In this document: positions 50,204 to 63,850 of the stretch, one piece after another
How positions within the stretch are numbered: the first letter of the stretch is position 1
Layout: each line of letters opens with the position of its first letter
Source of the DNA: Takakia lepidozioides
Taxonomy: Eukaryota; Plantae; Bryophyta
Direction: 5' to 3'
NCBI GenBank assembly: GCA_030704615.1
Contig: CM060733.1
Span: forward strand, 24,490,001 to 24,554,000
DNA length: 64,000 nt
Translations under genes and position numbers: made by a program
Notes under the pieces: generated by a model
Databases searched by the model: none
The model's input: the letters and a program-made list of their open reading frames with translations, nothing else
Told to the model about the DNA's origin: nothing

Positions 50204-52150
50204 TGAGGTGGGAATAAGCGGTGGGGCTAGAGCATTGACCACCTTCGCCGCCTGGGATGTCAATTCCTTCACCACGGGTGCCTCAGCTTCCGCCATTTGT
50301 GCTGCCTTCGTGGAGCCACCCAAGGATGATGAAGATGAGTTGGATGGTGATCTGACACCGTTCTGATGGTCTGGTCCTTTGAAGATCATCCCTGTAATTT
50401 TTCTCGTCAATCTCCAGCTGCAGAAGCCTGGTCAGAAGGGTGAATCCGTTGCGGAGGGTGTCCCTTATACAAATCCTTTTTTTCTGTTCCCCCAAGGGTT
50501 TAGAGAGGGCATCTTCGATGATCCAAGTAGCTTTCAAGGAAGGAAAGATAGTGTAGATATCTGCATCTTCCATCAGAGCTAAGATTTGGATGTAGGGTTT
50601 GCAGCTCAAACCTGGGTGGTCCTCTAGATACGTACCCCAAGTGATCTTTGAGGTATTAGCCAGGAGATAGTGAGGTAGATGGGTTTGGACAAAATGTTGA
50701 ATTTTGAACTTGATCATAGGTTGGGGACTGTTATTTGGGGGGCAGCGATGAAGTGCCGGACGTCCAGGGTGGTGATCCACAACGATTCCAGCCTTCCCCT
50801 CTCTTTTGATCTTCAGGAAATGGAATGACTCATTTCCTGAAGATCAAAGGGGTGACACGGGAAGTTCTCGGGTCATCATTAGTGCATAGCTGAGAGCACG
50901 TCCCCAAAAAGGAAATGCCAAGAAAGGATTTAAGTCTCAAATTTTGGCAACTGTCGGATAACTGACAATCCTAATCATGATATTCGACTGTGAGGAGTTT
51001 GTTGGGTGCTTGGGATTGTTGGCAAAGCTATGATGTGGCGTAGGAGTAGGAGGTGGTGATCTCGTGGCGATCTATCTCAACTTTTGTTTCCTTTTGTAGC
51101 TGTGATAGAGCTTGAAGGATCCCGCGCCCTCCAAGTGCATTGGGTTGGTGGGGTCCCACTGTTTTTGGGCCCTGTGGATAGGACTAAATTGGAAAATATC
51201 ATTGTTCAGTGGTTTTAATGATTTGAAGATATGGACCACATTAGTAGGGAAAATAGAGTTATGGAGTGTGTAGGGTGAGTCGGAATGGTTCACAAGGGAG
51301 GAGATGTCTTTTTTTTAGTAGTGGAGTTGTAATAAAATCTTTCATAATTCTAGGAGATCTCTTTCTTTTTCCTTCAGGCAATTCACTTCGATGTGACCCA
51401 ACTGTCCATAGTTGAAGCAGGCTGATGACGTTGTATCCTCGATCGTTCTAATTGAACAATAGTTGCCTTCTTCGTCGATTGGGCCGAGACGAACAAAGTC
51501 TGGTAATTAATACAGCCTCGTTATGTATCATTATGACCATTTTAGCATCCATTGTCATGCAGTTTAGTAACAATGGTGGCCGTCTTCCACGCAGTGTCTT
51601 TTACGATGCTTTTTGTGCACATCTGGGGGCCAAAAACCTCCAAACACACCAAGTAAAACCCAATGTGATTTGCAATGTCTAGTAGATTAACCAAGTATTG
51701 GTCAGGGATGAAGGGGAGTGAGACGATTCTCGAGCCCCACAGCTTGCCATTCCTATTGCCTATTTTAGATGACCATGGAAAAATATATTGACGTTGAAGC
51801 CTTTTAGATATATTGCAAGTTAAACGGCAGGGCTTGAGAAGCAGCATCCTGAGATTCGAAAACAATAGAGCAAAATCTTCTACCTTTGGCGTGGCAAAAG
51901 TATTGCTTTAGTTCGTCTGGTCCTCCCAAAAACCTAATACCTAGCCCAGTCTCTTACGGAGGCCCTGCTGAACTTCTTCACCGGAAAGTGAACCGAAATT
52001 CCAAACTCCTGATCCTCCATGCTGCAAATTCGATTGTCCAGTTCAGACCTTGGATGTCCCTCGCTATGAGCGGATATTAATTCCCGTTCATCATCGCTTC
52101 TTGCGCCACTACCAAGTCAAGCATGATGGCTTCTTGCCCTTTAATGGGAC
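50204..52150 (-). mobile_element. Decayed L1 LINE ORF1 remnant
   Basis: PFIPDQYLVNLLDIANHIG (DUF4283-like) and a degenerate knuckle ACFNYGQLGHIEVNC near 51380-51420, with many stops. Confidence 0.45.
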
Positions 52151-53293
52151 TTGGAGATGACTCTGCCACATGAGTTGTCTGATTCATGTCCATTCATATA
52201 GAGCTATAATTAGATAACTATCCCCATCTCTCTTAACCCTTAAGGTTCCCAAGCCCTTTTTTGACTTTTTACCAATTTTGGGTACCCAGCTGCAGTAAAT
52301 TGCCCCTAGAAACCTACCAAAAATCATCCACAGGTTCCAGCCTTATAGAAATGGGCCCAGCTCATTTATGCATGACATACCAAAAAATGAGCCAAGTCCA
52401 CCGTGGAAATTGTGAGATTATAGCGTTGGCCCGGACCTCAAATATCAGGTCCCAAAGAAAAAGTGAGAAAGAAATAGGTTTGACCAAATCAAAACCTAGC
52501 TTTATTCAATTTCTCTTGCCCCAAGACCCACCATTTCCAAATCAATAGTGGAGTGGCCATGACCCCACTAAATTGCAGGTCCAAATGATTTTTTCACCTA
52601 TGCTTGCTATTCATGCAATTCCATGGGGGTTGAAATCTCAAAATTGACAACAGAAAATGTGCCTCCAAATGAAGTACTTTTTTTTCTACAAATTTTTTAA
52701 AAGCTAACGGTGGATGTGTGTATGTAATGCTCACACACCACAAGGTGAAGTGTTTTTTCCAAAATTGCTAATTTCTGCCAAAAATGGCCTTTGGAGTGCA
52801 ATCTGTTTTGGGCTTGTTTACCTGCCACATCAGCGGTCAACAGCCCATTTCAGGCCCCAAAATGTAAATTAAAGATCTAAGTTATTTTTTGTCGCAGCTT
52901 TTGTTTTTTTTTAATTTTGTTTTTTGCATCATACTCGAGACAAATCCCTTGTCATTAAAGCTTCAGGAGTGGGCCCCATCAGATTAGATCTGCAAAAATT
53001 AGGTCGACCCTGCAAATTCAAAGTGACCCCATTCAGGTCGCTTGGGAACTTACGGGTTAATATAGATGTTACTGTCTGCTGCACATTTTTGGAAATCAGT
53101 TTCTATTAAATATGAATCTATCTCCATATAGCATGATCTGGACACCTGTTTTAAGCCATAAATGGGCTTATGTAGTTTACAGACTAAATGTTTCTTTTCC
53201 CTTTTTAATGAACTCTTCTGGTTGCCGGTAACTCTTTATATGTCATTTGGAATTTTGCTTCTAACCATTCTTTTACTTCAATTAATAATCCGG

Positions 53294-53420
53294 ACAACCA
53301 GCATGTAGCCCAGTGGTAATGGGCACATACCACGTTGGATGTGGTTGTGGGTTCAAACCACCGTCTGGTGTGTCATGAAGGTGTCCACCTTCCTGTTATA
53401 AGAGGTAAGAAATAAAAAAG
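53294..53420 (+). mobile_element. tRNA-derived SINE, family A, copy 3
   Basis: A box tagcccagtggtaa, B box gggttcaaacc, body ggtgtccaccttcc and an A-rich tail. Confidence 0.75.
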
Positions 53421-54434
53421 AGTTGGACTAAAATAAATAAATAAAATCCCTTAGGCTCATTGGTATGGCATAAATAAATCCATACGCTCTCCCCCGAGCA
53501 CAGGCAGTATATATATATATATATAGGGCCTCTTCCCCTTTCAAGTCCTCCCCCTATTTCAGGGATGGGCTCTATATCCTAATCCAAATCTTATATGCTA
53601 AACACCCCCAACAGTTACAGCAGGATCTGAAAGTGAAAGATACAACTTGAATCACTCTTAGGCAAGTGCGTACAAGAGGACCGACACTTCTTTTAGATTC
53701 CTATAGCTGACATGTTCAAGTTGCATTGCAAGAGAATACCTGAACTGGATACTTTCTTTTTGTCAATGGACCTTGCCAGCTCCACTCGAAGACCTGACTC
53801 TACCCTAGCAAGGAAATATGTTGTATGCACATTTTCTTTGGTGTTATCATTTGTCATTTTGCCTGATCAAGAGTCCCCTTGCAGGTGAACCTGAAATAAG
53901 TGGGACCTCTCCACTTATCTGGCCCCTTGGGACACCCTGCCATGGTAATGACTGACAGCAGAGCCAGGATTTAATGCTGTCACTGGTTTGCAAAGACACC
54001 TATCAGACTGATTTATGTTCCAGAAGTTTCAGGCTGATGGGAGTCTAACTAGCTACCCAATATCCAGACTCATCACAGAGGGTCGTTCCTGATCAAAGCT
54101 TGGAGATCCCTGACATTCTAGAATGTTTTGACATGTGAGCATTCACTATAGCACACTCCCCTTTAGGCACTGAGCCCTCCATGTCCATATCCAGTGTTGC
54201 TTCTGACATGAAAGAGAAACTATGTGACAACACAAATCACAAACAACATGCATGTTATGCAGCCACTCCACATATTACATGTACCAGACAAAGGAGAGTG
54301 GGAAGTGTGGCTTCCACCACTTATTGCATGCCCAAAACACAAGGTATCTAACTGAGTGTAAAACTCATGTGGGGCTCTGCCAACCGACAATTCTAAAGCG
54401 GCTGTCGACAAGCATTCGGATGCCTAATAGACCT

Positions 54435-57400
54435 TTATTGGAGAAATTGAGGAGGCTTCCGGACTTTGGTAGCTTGCTCAAAGGCATATGCAATCTCAAT
54501 GAGAGTAGGCTCAGAACCCCGCCTACCAATAAACCCTATTCCATAAGGAACTCCTGTCTTATCATAGCCAGCAGGAACTGATATTCCTGGGTATCCAGCA
54601 ATGGCTACTAGTCTTTGCACACTCTCTGATGGTGCGATTAAAGCATCCAATCCAAGTGCATCAAGGGTGCTATGGATTCCATGCTGTGTAAGGAAATGGT
54701 CTCTCTTTAAAGCGTCTTGGTACACCTTTGATTGGAAGCCTGTGGTACTATTTGATGCAATAAAAATCGCCTGATCATATAGATTGAGCTCCTCCTGCAA
54801 AGTCCACAAAACAAAATTAGCAGTGTGTAAAACAGCAATTAGTTGGTACAGTATCCTAAGATCTTTTGGCACTGGAGCCACACTGTGGGTGGTTTGCAGC
54901 TTACGTCAACGGTTATGCTACAGAACCTACCCATCAGGAGGAGGGCATTACCTTGCCAACCGGGTACTAGAGGCTTCTAAGGTTATCCAAGGACAATCGG
55001 GTCCCAAAATGTCTCAGTTACACCACTTGCCTCCCCTGGAAAGATGACAACTTATAAGGATGGGTAGGCCTACCAGGTGGTTATACCAGCTCTGGCTGGA
55101 GTCATTCGTACTCTTTTCACATTCAGCTTACAATCAAACCTGTCTGTTCCCCTTAGTTCCCCTTTTGTATTTGCATCTGTCGAATGGTATAAATGCATGC
55201 CATGTTGTGTTGATTAAGTAGGGTATAGACCTTATAAAGATTCTTGCAGCTCCAAGTGAGACCAAGGATCTTTTTGACATGAGCCAATGTAGCATAAATG
55301 ATGCTGATTCCTTCTTTTCGATCCACATGACATAGCAAGAGATTTGTTTGATTGCGAGTGCAAGAAGGTAAGAACCAACCTCATTAGCGTGCTCATTATT
55401 GAACACAATAACGTCTGCTAGCGTACGCACTGGGGACTGTACAAGCCCTGCTAAGTATTCATTGAGGTCCTGCTTGAAGTCGAATATGAGAACCTGAATC
55501 TCACTAGCAGCCCCCAAAATTTCTGAGGTGCCAGGAATGGTTACGTTGTCCACAATGTGTGCCCCCTGGTTCCTGTGTCAATTAAAGCTCATTATCTCTC
55601 TGTTCTAACTCATGTCATGTTACCATGTAACACCATTTATCCCAATAGATTGCCAAGAAATCACATGAATACATGTATCTAGCATTGCTGCATCTAACTG
55701 TAACACGGTTGTCATCTATGATTCATTGCATTAGATTGTACTGGGACATGGCATTAGAGAAAGAGGAAGAAATTGATATGCGTGTAAGGGACTCAGAAAC
55801 TTCATGCAGTGTGCACCTTAAAGTTGTGATGAGGGAATCGACCGTGCCAGACTGATCTGATAAAGTCCGATCAGCATCAAAGAAAGGGTTGCGGAGGACT
55901 CCAAGGCGCTTTTCTTTAAGTCCATCAGCAATCAGGAACTGTTTGTATCCTTCGCGAGGAATGAAGTGGGACACTCTCTCCGTGGCAGGGTCCCTTTCAT
56001 CGCAGCCCACTATTTGCTCTAGCACCGCCACTGCATCGGCCACTGTTCGACACAACGGGCTGCTTGCCCCACGTGGAACTTTCAGCACTCTACAATGTTA
56101 TACAACTCTCTCTGTCTCTGACTCTCTCTCTCTCTCTCTCTGGGCCATCTGGGTTCTTGATTGTAAGTGTCCGATGACGATATTCATTTTCTAATACATT
56201 GTCCGGAATATTCCAGAGAGTGACCCTCTTCAGGACAATCAATAACATTGTCTCGACACCTCTGTTCACCAACTTTCAAAATCTTGAGGCTGAGCCTAAA
56301 GCCCTGGCCCTGTTGGCCGTGGCTAACTTTTGGGCTACCCACAGACAGCAGATTCATGCTTTGAGTGAAGGGCTTCCTAGAAAGGCTTCCATATTTGGAA
56401 AGCCCGAACTAATTGTTTGTATCAAGGTAAGTCGTACTACCGGAGTGAGCCCCTCACAAAGGTAGTTTCTGGTCCTTTTTGTTCTGCCCAAACCGGCGCA
56501 GGGTCTGTGGCCACAAGTCTATGGCAAACAAAGTCTTATGAGTACATGCTCTCTTTGGGCCACCTTGGCCTCTATGGACGTGATAGATTTCTTCTCCTCC
56601 TAACCATTCTTTTTCCCAAAACAATAGAATGCTTATTTCTTTCCGTGGATGTTATGAAGTAATATTTAACTTCATTTCTACCTCTCATTCTATTATGTCC
56701 CAAGAGCCTTGCCTGACATTTAGAACACTTTCTTCTCTCTCTCTCTCTCTCTTTCTTGTTTCTTTCATTCTCTTGTCCCATAAGCTCTTTGAGCTTTCCG
56801 CAGACGTTATAGAGTATCACTTCATCTCCTTTTCCTTTTCCTCTGTCTTTCTTATCAGGAAGAAAGTTATGAGCCTCTCCATGTGTAACCTGGGACTTGC
56901 CAAAGCACCAAGAAACCCATGGTGACACCATCTAGCCCCTCACTCACCAGGGATGATGCCTTGACAATAAGCCCTCAAACATACACAGGACCATGGGTTA
57001 TTTCACCCTCAGGTTTTCAACACTTTACCAGCTCAAACCGGGAGTTTATTCTACACACGTAATGTCTCCCACTGGGCCTCCAACTGACATAATAACTCCA
57101 TCTTCTTTCTTTATTTCTCCTCTCCCTCCCGTGAGTTCTTTGAGATTCCAGTGGACATTATGAAGTTCTTGTTTGCTTGTTTTCTGCTCTAGGGACTAAA
57201 TTCTGTTTTCTTGCTGTTTTTCTCCTCAAGGTATATTAACATAGCAAAAGTGCACATGGAATGGTCCAAGAGTAAGTTTCACTCCAACCCTTCAATCTGC
57301 AGTATGCCCCAACCCACAGACATTTTTGGACTAATTCCCATGACTGGTTCCAAGATAGTTATAACTATCCTGTGGGATTATGCCATTTCCTGGGTACTCA

Positions 57401-60092
57401 AAGCAGCTCACAATTTAACTTGTTATCTTCTCATGAAAGCCCATCTCTGTGGGACGCCAGAGAGAAGCAGAGCCTGATAGGTGAGTCATTGAGCACATAC
57501 CCAATCGTGTCCTGATGATGAGAAACGGGCACCACTCCTGCACGGCTGGTTAGTCCGACTGTTGGCTTTATACCAACTAATGCATTGCGGCTAGCCGGGC
57601 AAAGAATGGAGCCATCAGTCTCTGTCCCCAAAGAAATAGCTGCTAGATTTGCTGCTGTTCCTGCTGCAGATCCAGAGCTTGATCCACATGGAGTAGCACT
57701 AAGTACATATGGGTCCTGCCGATGCAACCATACATCACAGAGAGTTGTTCAGTTCATTCCTTCCTACATTCCATCATCCCAGCCCCTACACTGTTTTCAC
57801 TTGGTATCCACCAAGCAAAATAGATAATCATGATTGCAGGCAATACTTGCAATGCCAGTACCATTGCCAGCTTTCAACTGCCAGAAGGAAAGCTAATTTA
57901 CGTAAAACCTGATGGAAAGGATTCCCAAAGAAGAACCTAGCATGAATGAGTTTGGACTTACCAATAACTCATAATTTGGCGACACTCACTAACACAGCCT
58001 CAAAATGGAGCGAGGGGGAGACAGCCAATATGTACCTTGGTTTGACCACCACGAGCACTCCATCCAGATGATCCACTAAAGGCCGAACGGAAGTTAGCCC
58101 ACTCACTAAGATTGGCTTTGCCCAATATGATAGCCCCTGCCCGACGTAGCCTGCTTACAACACCCGCATCCCGTGGCACAATGGAGCCCAGCAAGGCAAA
58201 TGAACCTGCCATACATGTCCAAAGTCTCTTTGTAACCATTCAAAGTCTTCTTGCAGCACACATATCAGGAGCTTTGACATAACCTTGGAGTAATGCTCTT
58301 GTGTAATAGTATCCCTCTTGGAATCATCAGGATATGCAACAAAATTCAATCTTGCCATCACGTTCGCATAGAGCCCATGACAATCCGGGTTTTGGTTGAC
58401 AATGAAGCACAACCATTTAGAGGGCGAAGACCACTCGAGAGACACATAGAGAGATTACTGAGAGCCTAACATTAATATCTACCAAAGCAAAATAAACAAT
58501 CAAATCTTTAATGCTGGGTTCAGGTATATTACCAGCCGTGGTATTCAATTTGTCTAGAGTAGCAATGGTATCTTTCACAAGAATGGGGATGCCATGAAGG
58601 CCCCCTATGTATCCGCCGGCCATCTGGCGCTCTGTGTCTGCTATATGAGCCAGTGCCAACGCATCGGGATTGACCTCTATTATCGCATGAAGAATGGGGT
58701 TGTATTGAGCTATCCGCTGCAGACATCCACTCTGTTAGCCATTGCAACTTTACATTGAAAATGTAAACCCACTTTCTACCTTTTCTTCAACTTTGAACGC
58801 GTCAAGGAAAGACGCAACAAAGAGAGATGTATTGATTACAATTCCCTGCTAGGAACATGGGCTATGATGCGCTCGGAACATGGCCTTGGGTAGGGAAGTC
58901 CAAAAAGGCCTTGGTGTGAAATGCATCACAATTCACTTGATCACCCCATAAAAGTGCGCAATTCAATTGAACTAACCCTAATTTGCAATTCAATTGAATT
59001 GCCAATTCGCAATTCAATTGAATTGTAATCTATAATTTTTAACTTTTTTATATATATAATATATAATATATATGTACATGTATATATTCAAATTATATTT
59101 ATACACATGTAAGAGTATAAGCTAAAAATACATGTTGCCCGTCTATTCTTGCTGGCCCTCTTTCTTGTGCCCTTGAGGAAATTGTGGAGTTGTGAAACCA
59201 CCCTCGGCCTCAGCGAGAAAGGGAGAGCCAGACGGAGACAGATTAGCAGCTTCCTGTGATTCACCGGCAAAAGAAACATGGCTGGCTCCGAAAAAAACAG
59301 ACAAAATCAAACCTGACAATTGATGAAAGGCTCCCCTACATCACCATGCACTAGTATCTGGCCCAGGACAAAGAAAACAAAAAATATGTTCATCTTGAGA
59401 ATTATCAAAAATTTCGATACCCTTACAAAGGTATCATGTTGAAGTTGGGATGTATGTTCTATATAAGTTTAATATATCAAACTCTTACACATTGATACTC
59501 TTACATTGGTATCATGTTTGGTATATGTACATAGCCATATATTGGCACCAACATCCACAAAGAGAGACCCGCTTTTACAAGCGCTTCGTGACTTCCCCTC
59601 TCTCTCTCTCTCCCTCTCTCGCTCTCCCTTAGGCTTATCTTGGGCTCAAGCCTTACCACGGGCAAAGGATTGACAGACGGACAGCAAGAATAGACGGGCA
59701 ACATGTATTTTTAGCTTATACATGTGTATGTATATATGTATAATTTAAATATATACAGAAATAAGTTAAAAATTATAGATTACAATTCAATTACTTATAT
59801 AGGGGTTCTATAGTGTTTCTATCACTTCACTTAATGCATGCTGATCAATTCCATCATCCAGCTTCACAAGACCATTGTATCCTGACAGGAGTAGAGGAAC
59901 CTGTCAAGACAGGAACTCCACCTGCAAGTAAAACTCCACAAGAGCTCTTGATGTGAGCGTTCCTGCCTTGAATGCTCCCTGAATCTGCTCCACTGTGGCC
60001 TCCTCCAAATCCAGCGCAAACACCCTGGTGCCCACATCCGCCGTGAGCAACAACACTAGCAAGGCCAGTGAGGCTATCCGTGTGTGCCCCAT
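54435..60092 (-). CDS. Amidase-signature family amidase with signal peptide (At4g34880-like), 7 exons
   Basis: Exons at about 60092-59922, 58716-58532, 58206-58035, 57715-57500, 56047-55817, 55572-55380 and 54797-54435. Motifs: [63 protein letters not shown] and [11 protein letters not shown]. The Lys-cisSer-Ser triad is present. Confidence 0.93.
56140..56545 (+). mobile_element. RTEX-like LINE 3' fragment, copy 3 (inside an amidase intron)
   Basis: [33 protein letters not shown]; shares cccctcacaaag and tcttatgag with copy 1. Confidence 0.75.
59016..59792. mobile_element. Foldback / Mutator-like non-autonomous element with long terminal inverted repeats (amidase intron 1)
   Basis: 59016-59153 is the reverse complement of 59682-59792 apart from a variable AT tract. 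Confidence 0.7.
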
Positions 60093-61539
60093 CTCGCCCC
60101 TTAACCTACATCTGGACTCATGCTAACATAAGAGCTTTATATGTTGTGTGATACATGGAAGCTTCTCTGGGCGGACGTTTGGAGGGAATCGGGACGTGCT
60201 ACGTTAAACCACACATGCGGACGTGCCTCGCTTTTGAGGATCTGGATTCCCTCCAAATGTCCCCAATGTTGTTAAGATATGAAATGTTTTTTTTTTAATT
60301 TAAAAAAAAAAAGAGAAATGAAGTGTTAGTACTATCCTAGATATTACATCACAAAAGTGCCATGCCACGGATTCTTAACAAAATTCGTACGAATTTCGTC
60401 GTACAGTATAATTATACTACATCTATGGGGTTGGACGTATATTTATGGTACGGAAGTGACATCCATCACTATGATGTGAAAGACGTGTTATTGTAATGTT
60501 TGACATAATCATATTAATTAAGCACGCAATCCGTACAAAACGGAATCCGTGCGAGGATCGCACTTTAAAGATGGAAAACGAATAAAACATGGAATATGCA
60601 CGATTTGCACCAATACTCGTTAACTTTGCAACATATTGTCGTGCAAAATCCGTGCAATATGATTTATTAACTATGGTCGTGTAGATTCAGTGGCTATAAG
60701 ACGAAGTGAGTTTTGAGTATTGGACCCAGAAGTGCTGGAAAAACATTGCAAAGCTTGACTCCGGGACACTAATTCTTTTTTACTTCCAGTTGACAGATTG
60801 ATGGCTTGCAGTTGACAAAATGGATGAAGTTATAGCAGCAATGCCCTGGTATGTTCTATGAATCACTGTTATTTATCTGGTGCAAATTCAACTATAGACT
60901 TTGACAGGACTGCAGTATACATTATGGCTTATATGTCATGCACTATGTTAGTATGGATGATGTTATATGATGATTTTTTTTTTCGAATAATTCAATTCAA
61001 AGATAATCAAATTTGCAACAAGACAAAGGAATAAGAACAATTATATAAAAAATTCAATTTCAACAAAAACAAATAATCCAAAAGGTTCATTCAACCAGCT
61101 AACTTGTAGAATTCTGAATTGCATCTGCTTCTCTCTGTAGTCCAACAGGCATTCACCTTCTGGTCTCCACTGTCCCACCATAGACTGGGTCGGAAAAATG
61201 TTCATTCCAAAGCTTCTCCTCATCTCAGTTATACGTTTTTGGATACTTTCCTGCTGCCACATCGGCAGTAACATGAAGGTCACTCCAAACCCCACAGAGT
61301 CACTCCAACTGGGGCAGTAACATCAAAGTCACTCCAGCCAGGGCAGTGTTCTGAATGACATCTGGTAATCTGACGGGCATTCAATTTTTGCCTCGGTTGT
61401 CCCACCATTGGTTGGGGTCAGCAAAGTATTCATTCCACAACTTCTCCTCAATTCTGCTACATGTTTTTGGATACTTTCCTGTTGTCACATTGGCATTAGC
61501 ATGTCAAAGTCACTCCAAACTAGATTCACTGAAATGTGC

Positions 61540-62232
61540 TAACTTGGAGAATTCAACATGGAAATTTAGGGCGATTCCGATAAGAGGGAAAAACAGGGTG
61601 AAATGTGTTGAAGAAGGTGCCTTGAGTAGCAGTGCCTGATTTTATCAATTGTGCTGCTGCTGCTGTGGCTTCCAGTTGACCATCTACCCATGCAGGTTTC
61701 TTGTAGCTATCCTTCCACAGGGAATCATAGATAATCTGGAGCTTCAAATCCAGCCCTCTTGGATGAATCTGGACCCACACTCTATCCCCACTCCTTCAGC
61801 ACGGCGTGAAAGAGCTGACCCTACTAAGTGAAGCTGACTTGAAGGAAGAAGTGTCTAAGGCCATGTCGAAAGCATAAAGAATGTTCAAACAAAATGAAGA
61901 TAGGCAGGAAACTTCCCTGAACTTGTTACCTGTTTGTGACATGGGTGAGGACCTTAAAGATGATCTCAAGGGCCTACCTACCCTCAGCACTAGATTGAAA
62001 TTCAAACTCCGGGTGGAGAGTCTACTCCGGGTTGAGAGTGAATAAAAAACAGATGGAGAGAGGAAAGGAAGATTGTCAATGCCCAATGTGTAGGCGACCT
62101 GAAGATAATATCCATTTTCTGACACATTGTCCAGGGCATTCTCATCAGAGAGCGAACCGCTTCAGGACCATCAAGAATGCAGTCCCTGCATCTCTGTTCA
62201 GTAACTTTCAAAATCGCAAAGCTGAGCCTACA
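61540..62232 (+). mobile_element. RTEX-like LINE fragment, copy 4 (extends furthest 5')
   Basis: EADLKEEVSKAM...SLNLLPVCDMGEDLKDDLKGLPTLSTRLKFKLRV...CQCPMCRRPEDNIHFLTHC. Confidence 0.78.
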
Positions 62233-62319
62233 GATAGAAAAAGCCACACCTTGCGATTGCTGTTGTCCCACCATCGTGCAGGATCTTCAAAAAACTCCAG
62301 CTCTGCTCCGTGCTGCAAA

Positions 62320-62387
62320 TTCAGGGCCGAGTCTGATGAGAGGGCAAAACAGGCTGAAATAGGTCGAAAAGAAGGTGCCCTCACCAC
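62320..62387 (-). repeat. Isolated partial monomer of the 10.7-11.9 kb array
   Basis: Reverse complement reads gtggtgagggcaccttcttttcgacctatttcagcctgttttgccctctcatcagactcggccctgaa. Confidence 0.85.
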
Positions 62388-62943
62388 ATTGTCCTCGACC
62401 TTGTGTCAAGACCCATGGAGGATTTGAGTGACCATGAACCCAATAGGACCTCCTGTGTGTGCTGCTTGTGTATGTAGTCAGGTCATGTCAATTGGTCTGT
62501 GAGAACCACCACGGTGCAGCTGAGCGGGTAGAGATTGAAACACGGCATGCTAAGAGCAAGCTGAATCTCCCAAGAACGGCGAGCTCCCAGCCGAAACCTC
62601 CTCGCACACATACATACCCTAGCGTTTCTAGGGTTGCTTGCTTCAGATGCGAAGGTTGCTCCAACTGCGGGCCTCCCATGCATGTTTGCCTCCCGCTCGC
62701 TCTAAGTCTGATCACGGCTACCGTGATGGACACCTTTTTAAGTTTTTAAACCTTATTGCAAACCCTATAAGCAACTTTTGATTTTCTTTTTCTTTTTCTT
62801 AAAAAGAGGAAACCTCAGGCCCTTGAGGAGGGGGAAAATTTAGCCCCCTTTCATTTATGGGCCATGAGACCTACAGGACGATCAACGCCCAAACATACCG
62901 TCACGAACAATCCCACACACGGGATAAGGCAGCGGGTTTGAAC

Positions 62944-63638
62944 CAGTGTATGAACCGCCTGTTATTAGACCGGTTATATATATATATATATATCCGGAGG
63001 AGGTGCAAAAAAAAACCCGGATATAAACAGATCCGACGGAGGCTAGGGGTTGAGATAACCGGCTTCGAGAACCCACAAGCAAGTTTGGTTTTTTATTTAT
63101 TGGTATCTAGCCATGGCCTTAAAAAAGGACCCAGTTATCAATAAATAGTGTCAGCATATACCCTTGCTAAGATTAATGTGACACCAATCTGGTAACTAAG
63201 ATGTCCATTATTGATCATCTGGATGATCCAGTTTCAAGGGCTAACCATCTTGCATGGCTGGTCGATCCTTGCTTGGCATTTATTTAAGTTTTTTTTATAA
63301 AAATATTTTCATCATTTCAATATATGTAAATTTTTATTTTATAAAAATTTCATTTACATGACTGCAATATAACCGTTTTAAGGACCGCCGTTTATCTACT
63401 GGTTATGAAATATATTGAACTTCCAGAACCGGTTCAAAAAACCACCTGTGCAAAGGTCTTTTATAACCGGAATTGAACTTAACCGGGTTTTTGGAAAACA
63501 TCAAAGAACCGCCTCCGGCAGGTTACTTAATTTTTTCTTTTGTCCATTTAACCGCCTCCGAAGGTTCTAAAGAAGGGGCAATTGGCAAAGAACATGCACC
63601 GGAGGAGCTCACGAAAACCTGATAACCGCCCAACACTT
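62944..63638. mobile_element. hAT-like non-autonomous element inserted in a SINE
   Basis: Ends CAGTGT.../...ACACTT; 8-bp TSD gtttgaac / ctttgaac (7/8 match); many subterminal AACCG motifs. Confidence 0.65.
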
Positions 63639-63850
63639 CTTTGAACCCCGAACCACCAGGGCGACACACTCTGCACTTACCAGCCGATGTGCTTTTTTCA
63701 AATCTTTTGCACTTTGATTCGTTTTTTTGGTTTTTAAAAAATTCATTCTAGTGGTCAGAGTCTCGGTTTTTTTTTAAATATAAATACACATATATTATAT
63801 ATATAGCCAGAAAAGCACGTGTCGACACGTGCAGTCATGTGGTGATTCAT

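Noticed and set aside
53294-53370. Functional tRNA gene
   Set aside because: A and B boxes are present but no cloverleaf stems were found, and the shared downstream body indicates a SINE.
34696-60092. M23 peptidase plus amidase as a peptidoglycan gene cluster
   Set aside because: The amidase is an amidase-signature (Ser-cisSer-Lys) enzyme with a signal peptide, unrelated to zinc MurNAc-L-Ala amidases, and lies ~17 kb away across TE debris.
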